Positions 30,717-39,695 of a stretch of DNA of 64,000 nt are shown one piece after another. The notes under the pieces are model-generated. The model saw nothing but the letters and a program-made list of their open reading frames with translations, had not been told where the DNA came from and made no database searches. Source of the stretch: a virus. Its lineage: Duplodnaviria; Caudoviricetes. Each line of letters begins with the position of its first letter. The first letter of the stretch is position 1. The DNA is taken from positions 160,001-224,000 of IMG/VR virus record IMGVR_UViG_3300032167_000004, one strand, 5' to 3'. The translations under genes were made by a program, and so were the position numbers.

Positions 30717-31193
30717 GATCAAGAAAATATAAACTCACTTATCGGTGTTGACCCTGAAACTGTTGCCAAGTTACATCTATATTATAGATCTAGTGTAATT
30801 GGTAGAAGAGATATCGGTAAACAATTAGCTAGTACAATTAAAACTCTTAAAGATTTTAAGAAGAGTGGTAATTTTACTAATAGAAATGTAGAAATTCTTC
30901 AAGCATATTTTAAAGCTATGGGTATCAGAATTAAATTCTTGGGAGAATATGAGATTCCTATTTATACTGATACATTAGAATCTTTTGAAACTGATACTGC
31001 TTATTTTATTGGTACTAGATCTCAGTATGAAGATGAAGTATTAAAAGAAAAGATTCGTAAGAAATATAGTGAAGATGTATGTTTTGTTGGTACAAATGAA
31101 GAATTTGAAGAATTACTTGAAAAAGAATTCGAATATGAAAAACTTCATAGAGATTACTATTGTATTGATATTAACGTTGAAGAAGATAAATAA
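30717..31193 (+). CDS. RNA polymerase beta, C-terminal part, exon 2
   Basis: DQENINSL...EILQAYFKAMGIRI resembles the RpoB C-terminus (L..EL.SLG..I). Confidence 0.85.
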   Translation, partial: DQENINSLIGVDPETVAKLHLYYRSSVIGRRDIGKQLASTIKTLKDFKKSGNFTNRNVEILQAYFKAMGIRIKFLGEYEIPIYTDTLESFETDTAYFIGTRSQYEDEVLKEKIRKKYSEDVCFVGTNEEFEELLEKEFEYEKLHRDYYCIDINVEEDK

Positions 31194-31304
31194 TTAATAA
31201 ATATAGAGATATATAGGATAATCCTATATATCTCTATTAATAGTTTATTCAGTTATTTTAAGTATATATTATTATAGTAATATAATAATGGGAGTGATAA
31301 ATAT

Positions 31305-31583
31305 ATGGAAGAGTTAATTTGTTTATTAATGATTGTTGGAATGATTGGTTTAATTTTATTACAGGCTAAGCATGACCCGGAAATGAAATACAACGAAGAT
31401 TGCAATAATAATTATGAGGCAGATTACATTAAGAGTTCTCTGGTAATTACATATGAAAGTGATATACCTGATAAAAGAGAACGTATTGTAGAACTCTTAA
31501 TACTTTTGAATAGGATTGAAGAAACAGATTCATTTCTTGAGCGATATGATCATATTCGAGACTATATATTTAGCATGACCTGA
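31305..31583 (+). CDS. Hypothetical protein with N-terminal TM helix
   Basis: Hydrophobic N-terminus; early-type motif at 31263. Confidence 0.6.
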   Translation: MEELICLLMIVGMIGLILLQAKHDPEMKYNEDCNNNYEADYIKSSLVITYESDIPDKRERIVELLILLNRIEETDSFLERYDHIRDYIFSMT

Positions 31584-31626
31584 AAATAAAAAAAATAATT
31601 TTTAATCAAAAAGGAGAATAACACAA

Positions 31627-32241
31627 ATGGCTAAAAGAAACATCGTTAAAAAGAGTACAGTTGATCAGATTGAAAGACTGATCAAGGAACATGGAGTAGT
31701 CGGTATGATGGATACCGATGAGTACAACAATATGATTACCCGGAACTTTCTCAATAAACTTGAGAAAGACAATATGAGAACCATCATCGCAATGGTCAAT
31801 GATGGTAAATCTTATGATGAGATCCGGTTTGTTGTTGAGGGTGGAGAACATTCTCAGAATAAATCTGATCCTGTAGAAGAAGCTACTAAGGATTTTATGA
31901 TTTCTATGTCTGCAGTAGTTTTATCTGAACCTCCTGAAATTATTATCGGTGGAGTTGACGATGTTGAAGAAGAGCCTGAAGAAGTTGAACGTGTAGAAGC
32001 TGAAGTAGCTGAAGCAAACGACAACACTGTTCAGGGAGAAGAATCTACCAGCAATGTTATTCTCCTGAAGGATATCATTGATGAGAAGAGAACTGAATCT
32101 GAAGAAAAGGTTCAGAATGAAGAAGAGAAATCTCTTCCTAAATGGGATCCTCCTAAGTATACTAAGAGAAAGAAACAGTATCCTACTGTTGTACTTCCTG
32201 AAATTAGTAAATACGTTGAGGGGTTAAGAAAATTCCATTAA
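31627..32241 (+). CDS. Acidic hypothetical protein
   Basis: AAGGAG RBS; terminator hairpin follows. Confidence 0.7.
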   Translation: MAKRNIVKKSTVDQIERLIKEHGVVGMMDTDEYNNMITRNFLNKLEKDNMRTIIAMVNDGKSYDEIRFVVEGGEHSQNKSDPVEEATKDFMISMSAVVLSEPPEIIIGGVDDVEEEPEEVERVEAEVAEANDNTVQGEESTSNVILLKDIIDEKRTESEEKVQNEEEKSLPKWDPPKYTKRKKQYPTVVLPEISKYVEGLRKFH

Positions 32242-32355
32242 TAATATAAAAATACACGGAATCATTTTCCGTGTATTTTTTTTTTTTGTAATATTTTTAA
32301 CATTTAATTTGAATATATATTATTATAATATAATAATGAAAGGAATGATAATTTT

Positions 32356-34434
32356 ATGATAGATAAATCTAATCTAATAAATTCATTAAATAGAATTTAT
32401 CATGAAAGTAAAGAATCTTCTAATTTCGAAAAGCTGGTAGAAATATTAGAAGGAATTAAAATTAATAATCTAGTGAATTATTATATTCATTATGATAAAG
32501 AATATGATTCTGAAGATATTATAATTATTGAATTAATTATAAAGATTTTACAAAATATTTATAATAATTCTGAAGTTATACCACCAATTAGTGATGAAAT
32601 GTATGATACATTATATGAGATCTTTATAGGAATCACTAATAGTGATATTGTTGGTGGTGATGTTGATAATAATAGAGAAAAAGATTTTCATAGATATCCT
32701 GATTTAAGAGGTACTCTTGATAAAGTTCATTTTATTACAAATGAAGAAAAAGGAAAAGATAAAAGAAAAAGTATTGAAAATTGGTTAGTGACTTGTGAAA
32801 ATCGTTTGGGTAGAGAATTTACTAAAGATGAATTAAATGTAACATTATATCCTAAATTTGATGGCGTAAGTGCTATATTCGAATGTGATAGAGATGGTAA
32901 TACTATTAAAGTATTAACAAGAGGTAATACTAAGAATAATGAAGCTGTTCCTATTACAAAATTATTTAAGTATATAAAATTTAAACCATTAGAAGAATGG
33001 AAAGGTTCTGAATTTGCTGTAAAAACTGAGATTATTATGACATATAAGAATTATGAAAAATTCTGTAAAAAATATGGTAATAAAAAATCTCCAAGGTCTG
33101 CTGTTAGTTCTATAGCTAATTCTATTGAAGTTGTACCAGATTATCTTCATTATGTTACAATAGTTCCTTTAAGAATGCAAAATTATGATACAAAAGAAGT
33201 TATTGTATATCCTGATACAACGTTTCCTGCTATTGAAGTATCTTTATCTAATAAGAATAATCTAAAAGATACTATTTCTTATTTTAAGATGTTTATGAAA
33301 GATGTAGCAGACGTTCCTATTGATGGTGTTGTATTAAGATTTAATGATAAAAATATTATTAATCTCTTAGGACGAGAGGATGCTATTAATAAATATGAAG
33401 TAGCATATAAATTTGCACCTGATGGTGTAAAAACTAAAATATTAGATATAGAATTTTCTATAGGAATATTAGGTAATATTACTCCAGTTGCAAAAATAAA
33501 ACCTATTAAAATGGAAGGTAATACAATATCTAATGTATCACTAGGTTCTATTGATAGGTTTGAAAGTTTACATTTATCTAAGAATGATGAAGTATTAATT
33601 AAATATGATATCATTCCATATTTATATATAAATGATACATGTAAACGTTCTGATGAACCATTATTTAAAACAATTACACATTGTCCATATTGTGGTGAGA
33701 AATTAATTGTTGATCCAATATTAAGATGTGGTAATAATGATTGTCCGTCTAGAATGATGGGTAAAATTATAAATTACATTGATAAGATGGATATCAGAGA
33801 ACTTGGTGAAGGAAAAGTTTCTACTTTATTTAAATTAGGATATTTAAAATCTATTGAAGACTTATATAGCTTAAAGAAACATAAATCTGATATTGCACAA
33901 ATTGATGGATTTGGTTCTAAATCTGTTGAAAAGATGATATCAGCTATCGATGATAGAAGAACCGTTATGGATTATAACTTATTAGGTTCTTTAGGTATTC
34001 CAGATGCTGGTAGTAAAAAATTTAAAAAGATTTTAAGTATATATTATATAGATGAGCTAATAAAGATATGTGAGAAACATAATGTAATTAAGCTCATTGA
34101 AATTCCTGGTATACAGGAAAAAACAGCTAATAAAATCATTGTAGGAATTCTACAAAATTTAGACTTAATTAATTTCCTTAAAAAAGAATTATTAATTAAG
34201 CATGATAATGTAGAATATACAATGAAGGTTGTATTTACTAAGATCCGAGATAAAAAATTTGAAGAATATCTCGAAAGTAAAAATATTGAAGTATGTGATT
34301 CGTATAATAAGAAAGTAGATATTGTAATATGTGCTGATAAAAATACGAATTCAGATAAAATTAAGAAAGCTAAAAAAGATGGTAAATTAGTATTATCATT
34401 AGATGAGGCTTATAAGTATTTTAAATATAAATAA
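32356..34434 (+). CDS. ligA: NAD-dependent DNA ligase
   Basis: ISD..YD, KFDG, TRG, DGVV, AYKF, CPYCG zinc finger, HhH repeats and BRCT-like end. Confidence 0.93.
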   Translation: MIDKSNLINSLNRIYHESKESSNFEKLVEILEGIKINNLVNYYIHYDKEYDSEDIIIIELIIKILQNIYNNSEVIPPISDEMYDTLYEIFIGITNSDIVGGDVDNNREKDFHRYPDLRGTLDKVHFITNEEKGKDKRKSIENWLVTCENRLGREFTKDELNVTLYPKFDGVSAIFECDRDGNTIKVLTRGNTKNNEAVPITKLFKYIKFKPLEEWKGSEFAVKTEIIMTYKNYEKFCKKYGNKKSPRSAVSSIANSIEVVPDYLHYVTIVPLRMQNYDTKEVIVYPDTTFPAIEVSLSNKNNLKDTISYFKMFMKDVADVPIDGVVLRFNDKNIINLLGREDAINKYEVAYKFAPDGVKTKILDIEFSIGILGNITPVAKIKPIKMEGNTISNVSLGSIDRFESLHLSKNDEVLIKYDIIPYLYINDTCKRSDEPLFKTITHCPYCGEKLIVDPILRCGNNDCPSRMMGKIINYIDKMDIRELGEGKVSTLFKLGYLKSIEDLYSLKKHKSDIAQIDGFGSKSVEKMISAIDDRRTVMDYNLLGSLGIPDAGSKKFKKILSIYYIDELIKICEKHNVIKLIEIPGIQEKTANKIIVGILQNLDLINFLKKELLIKHDNVEYTMKVVFTKIRDKKFEEYLESKNIEVCDSYNKKVDIVICADKNTNSDKIKKAKKDGKLVLSLDEAYKYFKYK

Positions 34435-34528
34435 CACCATATTAGGTGTTTCCTGATAAATATAAAAAAGTATTTATCAGTTAACATAAAAGTAAACCAT
34501 ATTTTAATTTATTGGAGGACAAAACATT

Positions 34529-34894
34529 ATGGAAAAAGAATTTGCAAAGTTTGTTGAGCTGACTGGCTCTCGTAAAGAGGTTGCAGCAATTACTGAAATT
34601 GCTGAACGTGCACAGGAATCTCTTAAGACACAGCGTAATATCAATATTAGTATGGCTAGTGCTATCCCTAGCATTGTATATGAATTCCTGTTTAATGCTG
34701 CTCAGTATCTTGACAGAAATAAGAGCACTTCTGAGGATACTGTTGTCAATCTGATGAATCTGATTGAAATCGGCGTAACTTATAGAGAGAGTGACGATGG
34801 TGAAAAGGATGGTAACTTTGTTCCTTTCATTCAGCCCGGCACTATCTTTAAGACTGTTATTAAGTCTGATGAAATGACTGAAGAAGACGAATAA
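34529..34894 (+). CDS. Possible divergent HU/IHF-like DNA-binding protein
   Basis: V.L.N...I.V.YRE...VPF..PG..FK..IK resembles the HU C-terminal half with a short arm; weak match. Confidence 0.4.
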   Translation: MEKEFAKFVELTGSRKEVAAITEIAERAQESLKTQRNINISMASAIPSIVYEFLFNAAQYLDRNKSTSEDTVVNLMNLIEIGVTYRESDDGEKDGNFVPFIQPGTIFKTVIKSDEMTEEDE

Positions 34895-34977
34895 TTAATA
34901 TATAAGTACCACATGATAAAACATGTGGTACTTATTTTTTTAACAACTACGACAGACAACAATGGGGATGTTTTATA

Positions 34978-36648
34978 ATGAAAAAGTTTATAAAAAACTA
35001 TGTTAATAAAAATGAAGAACGATTTAATTACCCATTAATAAATAGAGAATATGATGATGATCTTGTAGATTATATAGTAGATTGCTGTAAATCATTGGAG
35101 GTTCTTGAATATATTAAATTTATTGGATATGAATACGTTACTAATGAATCTGAAATTAATACTAGTGAATATATTGATGCTAGATCAAGAACCAAACCTA
35201 AGAAAAATGATGCAACAAAATATATGTATATCCAAGACTCTAGATATGCAGAATTAAGATTAAAATTTAAATTGGAATGTGGTGGAGAATCTAAAGTAAT
35301 TACAAAGAAATTACTGATTCCTATCCCAGATAATAATTTATATTATACAATCAAAGGTAATAAATATTTCTTATTATATCAGGTTGTTGATGCTGCATCA
35401 TATACTACAAAATCTTCTATTGTGTTAAAGTCTATGATGCCAGTTAATCTTAAAATGAAACAGTATACTGCAAAATCTACTTATGGTGAATCTTTTACAG
35501 CACCTATTTATACAATTGCAGTATTTAGAAAAGATATGGATGTTCTCATTTTCTATCTAGCTAAAATGGGTATTCAACAAACATTAGAATACTATTCAGT
35601 AGATAAAATTATGAGATTTACAGAATCAGTTGAAAATCCTGAAGACTTTATTTATTTCTCTGTAAGTAGTAAATTATTCTTAGAAATAGATAAAGTATTC
35701 TTTAATAAATACACTTATGTAAAATCTGTAGCATTTATGTTATTAACCTTAATGACAAACAGAATGACTATGGAAAATTTATATAATAAAGATTTCTGGA
35801 TTGAAGAAATCGGTGCATTAGGTACGGTTAATAAGAATAATCAATATGATAAAGGTCTTAATACAATGATATTCTTTGATCGTATTATAGATGATACTAC
35901 AAAAAGAATATTAAAGTTACATCCTATTCATAAGAAAGATATCTATTCTATCTTAAGATGGTTGATTCAGAATTTCTCTGAACTTAGAAAGAAAGATAGT
36001 ATGGATCTTTCTAATAAGAGATTAAGATGTAATGAATATATTGCTTCTCTATTAACTAAGACCTTTAGTGAAAAACTTAATAGAATTATTGCTATGGGTA
36101 ATAAAGCTACATTGAGAAATGTAGAAGAAATATTTAAATTCCAAGGTGATCTAATATTATCTCAGTTACATCGTTCGGGACTTTTGCGCTATGATGATAA
36201 CGTTAATGATCTCGATGTTTTCGGTAAACTGAAGGTCACATTTAAGGGACCGAACAGTCTCGGTAACTCAAATGATAATAGTATAAGTACGAGATTCCGC
36301 GGCTTGCACCCATCTTATCTTGGGAAGCTCGATATTAACGTTTGTGGAACTAGTGACCCTGGTACTAGTGCAATATTAACTCCATTTTGTAAAACTGACG
36401 GATTATATTTTGATGGTATCAATGAACCTGAAGAATTTAAATATAACTTTGATAAAGATGTAGATAACTACTTTACACATAAATTTAATGGATTGAATAT
36501 TAGTCCTTCTTTTGATTCGGTTAAAGATTATTATGATGCTACATTAAATATGATGGAAATGAATAAAAATCTTACTGTTGAAAAGAAGAAAAAAGAAAAT
36601 AAGATGTATAATATAATTATTAATGTTCCTGAAGAAGATTTAAAGTAA
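34978..36648 (+). CDS. Phage RNA polymerase beta, N-terminal part
   Basis: IP......Y.IKG, D...L.NKRLR...E, GP..L and RGLHPSYLG.LD.....DPG (RpoB RDVHP.HYGR). Confidence 0.9.
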   Translation: MKKFIKNYVNKNEERFNYPLINREYDDDLVDYIVDCCKSLEVLEYIKFIGYEYVTNESEINTSEYIDARSRTKPKKNDATKYMYIQDSRYAELRLKFKLECGGESKVITKKLLIPIPDNNLYYTIKGNKYFLLYQVVDAASYTTKSSIVLKSMMPVNLKMKQYTAKSTYGESFTAPIYTIAVFRKDMDVLIFYLAKMGIQQTLEYYSVDKIMRFTESVENPEDFIYFSVSSKLFLEIDKVFFNKYTYVKSVAFMLLTLMTNRMTMENLYNKDFWIEEIGALGTVNKNNQYDKGLNTMIFFDRIIDDTTKRILKLHPIHKKDIYSILRWLIQNFSELRKKDSMDLSNKRLRCNEYIASLLTKTFSEKLNRIIAMGNKATLRNVEEIFKFQGDLILSQLHRSGLLRYDDNVNDLDVFGKLKVTFKGPNSLGNSNDNSISTRFRGLHPSYLGKLDINVCGTSDPGTSAILTPFCKTDGLYFDGINEPEEFKYNFDKDVDNYFTHKFNGLNISPSFDSVKDYYDATLNMMEMNKNLTVEKKKKENKMYNIIINVPEEDLK

Positions 36649-36793
36649 TAAATTTAAAGTATAGTAGGGTGATTAATAAATCCCTTACTATACTTTATTT
36701 TTTATTTTATTTTATAAATATATATTATTTATATGAACGTTTACAATATAATATGTCTGTGAACGTTTATATAAATGATTTATAGAAGAGTAG

Positions 36794-37504
36794 GTGAATA
36801 ATGAATTGGATATTAAGACTATGAAACATCCTGGTAAACTAACAAGAACAGTTTTACAATATCCAGGCATGATTTTAAGATTACATGTAGCATTAAATAG
36901 TGAAAAATATCATTTTCATAATAATTATAATTCTAATATATTAGATATAAATATAAATGGATTTCTTACATTAGAAGTCCCAAAAAATGAAGAAAATGCT
37001 AATAATAGATCTTTTATGATCGGTGTTGGAAATATTGGTACTGTTGTAAATGCTATGAAAAAAGTATTGAAAAGTATTTATGATGAACCAATGTTTGTAA
37101 ATGAAGATAAAAAAGTAGTTCTTGATAAAGAACTTGCTATAAAACATAGACAATGTATAAATATACCTAGACTTAGTCAAGGGTTAATAATTATTCCTGC
37201 TGTTATTGAAGATGATAATGAAGTTACATATGAAGGTGTATTTATATATGTAAATAAGATGAGTAATTTAATTAAATTATCAATAGATGAGTATGAAAAT
37301 TTAGTTCATGTATTAGATAGAAGTGATATTACTTTATTATCACAATCATTACTGAATTATTATATATCATTTATTTCAGGACACGGATTAACATCATCTT
37401 CACCTCACTATGATAACAATACATATACTACTAAAACTATTTCAAACTTTAGACCTAAAGACGACTATAATGTATTTAGTGAATTAAACCAAACAGGTTT
37501 TTAA
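36794..37504 (+). CDS. Hypothetical protein
   Basis: 236 aa; early-type motif at 36719. Confidence 0.7.
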   Translation: MNNELDIKTMKHPGKLTRTVLQYPGMILRLHVALNSEKYHFHNNYNSNILDININGFLTLEVPKNEENANNRSFMIGVGNIGTVVNAMKKVLKSIYDEPMFVNEDKKVVLDKELAIKHRQCINIPRLSQGLIIIPAVIEDDNEVTYEGVFIYVNKMSNLIKLSIDEYENLVHVLDRSDITLLSQSLLNYYISFISGHGLTSSSPHYDNNTYTTKTISNFRPKDDYNVFSELNQTGF

Positions 37505-37546
37505 ATATATATTATAAATATATCACAATATGATGTATAAATTTAT

Positions 37547-38206
37547 ATGGAGGTGTCAGCTATGTCAAAATGTAAAATATATCTATCTCAACCAGTTGTA
37601 ATCATTGACGATGACTATTACACAGTTGAGATCTATACAAAAAATACTAAACTTAAAAAAGACAAAGCATATATTAAGGGTGACTTTGTATATTTATATA
37701 AAGGAAAAATTAAAGATAGAACTGACATTAATGGTCCTGGTATTTATAAATTAAATAAAGAAATTATCTTTATTGAACCTGAAGGAAAAGATAAAAAGAA
37801 ATTTGACATTGATAATGTCAATGAATTATCACCTTCAAGTATATTTGATAAAGTATCTGAAGATGTTACTAAATTTGTACAACCTTCAGATATTGAAATT
37901 ATCAATAATAATTCTGAAATATTTACGCCTACTATAAGACCTGAAGATGATTTTCTTAAATATATAGTAAAGAAAGCTATATTAGATAAGAAGATTAATC
38001 TGAAGAATTATAAAGACCGATTTACCAATGAATACGCATTAAACAATATGAAATCGGGTTTAAGTAAATCTACAAAGATGACTGTTCCTAATTTCATTAA
38101 GTGGTGTGAGATTCTTGGATTAGATTGGGAAATGGTTATTAAAGATAATGGTGATGATACAATTAATCCATTATCTGAAAATATATATGTTTCTAATAAA
38201 ACGTAA
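37547..38206 (+). CDS. Hypothetical protein
   Basis: GGAGGTG RBS (start probably 37562); early-type motif at 37506. Confidence 0.7.
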   Translation: MEVSAMSKCKIYLSQPVVIIDDDYYTVEIYTKNTKLKKDKAYIKGDFVYLYKGKIKDRTDINGPGIYKLNKEIIFIEPEGKDKKKFDIDNVNELSPSSIFDKVSEDVTKFVQPSDIEIINNNSEIFTPTIRPEDDFLKYIVKKAILDKKINLKNYKDRFTNEYALNNMKSGLSKSTKMTVPNFIKWCEILGLDWEMVIKDNGDDTINPLSENIYVSNKT

Positions 38207-38224
38207 TAATATGAGGTAATCAAA

Positions 38225-38467
38225 ATGGCTATCAAAGTAAAAGTAAAAACAATGGTTCGTTTGAAGAATGGTAATAAGATTAGTAAACAGAGATATGATC
38301 AGTTAAAACATATATATGAAACGAATCCATTGACTAGATGGTTAGCGGTATGGTTCCTTAAGGTAGAATCTGACCCAGGAATGATGGAAAGATTTAAAAA
38401 CTTTATTTCTAAAGATCCTGAGCCGTTTCTATATAAACATCCAGATTTAAACAACAAAGGAGAATAA
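38225..38467 (+). CDS. Hypothetical protein
   Basis: GAGGT RBS. Confidence 0.65.
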   Translation: MAIKVKVKTMVRLKNGNKISKQRYDQLKHIYETNPLTRWLAVWFLKVESDPGMMERFKNFISKDPEPFLYKHPDLNNKGE

Positions 38468-38470
38468 CAA

Positions 38471-39265
38471 ATGAAGGTAATTGTAAAAAATATGAAGGCT
38501 ATGCCTGAAACTCAGAAAGAAGAAATTACTAATGCATGTCCTGAGACAACTGAATCTTTCAATGATTCTGTAAAGAATATGGAAAATGCTATTGAATTGA
38601 ATATTACTGAAAAAGACATCCACAATAGTCTTCAGTTTAATAAAGCTAGAGCCATCAGAGCTCTTATTATGAATATGATGGCTCTGAATCCTATTACTAC
38701 TGAAAACGAAAATATCGTTGATAAAGAAACATTTGAAGCATATGTCAATATCGGTGATAAAATTGACAGATGTTTTGATAATCTCATGACAGAGTTTATT
38801 GAAAAGAATGAACCTGATGATTGTGATATGAATTGTGATCATAACTGTGAAGATTGTGCTGAACATGCTCTTTGCGGAGAATGTTCTTTGAAGTGTGATA
38901 TTCACTGTGGTGAATGTGAACATTGTGAAGAATGTTCTAAAGATGCTTTCGATGATGAAAATGAATCTTTTGAACATGAACGTTGTCATGATTGCACCTG
39001 TGAAGGTGATTGTGATGAATGTGAGAATGATGTCATTGAAGATGAATGTGATGATTCCTGCAACTATTCTATCAATGCTAGATTTGGTAATCTTGCAGCA
39101 GATATGGGTACTCTTGTAGAGGTATTGAAAGAGGCATTTAGTGATGACAATATCACAGACGATGAAGTTATTGATATTAAAGAAATCCCTGGTAAAGAGT
39201 ACAACATCATTAAATCCATCTTTGCTAAATATGATGTTATAAAGTCTCTGAGAGTTAAAGAATAA
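38471..39265 (+). CDS. Protein with a Cys/Asp/Glu-rich metal-binding-like tract
   Basis: 18 Cys in about 80 residues, with many CxxC/CxxxC motifs. Confidence 0.7.
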   Translation: MKVIVKNMKAMPETQKEEITNACPETTESFNDSVKNMENAIELNITEKDIHNSLQFNKARAIRALIMNMMALNPITTENENIVDKETFEAYVNIGDKIDRCFDNLMTEFIEKNEPDDCDMNCDHNCEDCAEHALCGECSLKCDIHCGECEHCEECSKDAFDDENESFEHERCHDCTCEGDCDECENDVIEDECDDSCNYSINARFGNLAADMGTLVEVLKEAFSDDNITDDEVIDIKEIPGKEYNIIKSIFAKYDVIKSLRVKE

Positions 39266-39368
39266 AAAATAATTTACAGTTAAACCATATAATAATACAT
39301 ACTTAATATAATGGTATAGGTGGGATACCTATACCATTATATTTTTTTCACGAAAGGATGGTTATTAT

Positions 39369-39689
39369 ATGATTTATAGTACTATGACTGTAGCCATTAT
39401 ACGGACATTACATGAGCTTGGTGTAATCATTGAAAATATTGATAACTCTAAATTATATCCAGTATTCTATATATCAGTACCAGAGTTTTCTGTTAAAAAG
39501 TCTGTAGACAATGAAGATATTGCTAATAAATATTTAGCAAGAAAGTTTAAAGAAACAATGATTGGCACTGGTGGTGAATGTGAAGTGAAAGTAAAAATTC
39601 GTAAAGGTGAAACTTGGACAGAAGAAATGGGTATAGATGCCGTGATTAAATTCGACCAAGCGTATCGTTATATACGAAATGAAGGGTGA
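39369..39689 (+). CDS. Hypothetical protein
   Basis: RBS; directly upstream of sbcC. Confidence 0.65.
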   Translation: MIYSTMTVAIIRTLHELGVIIENIDNSKLYPVFYISVPEFSVKKSVDNEDIANKYLARKFKETMIGTGGECEVKVKIRKGETWTEEMGIDAVIKFDQAYRYIRNEG

Positions 39690-39695
39690 TAATAA

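Noticed and set aside
30714-31193. Independent 159-aa gene
   Set aside because: No RBS; it is exon 2 of the RNAP beta gene and its ATG ends in the intron's terminal G.
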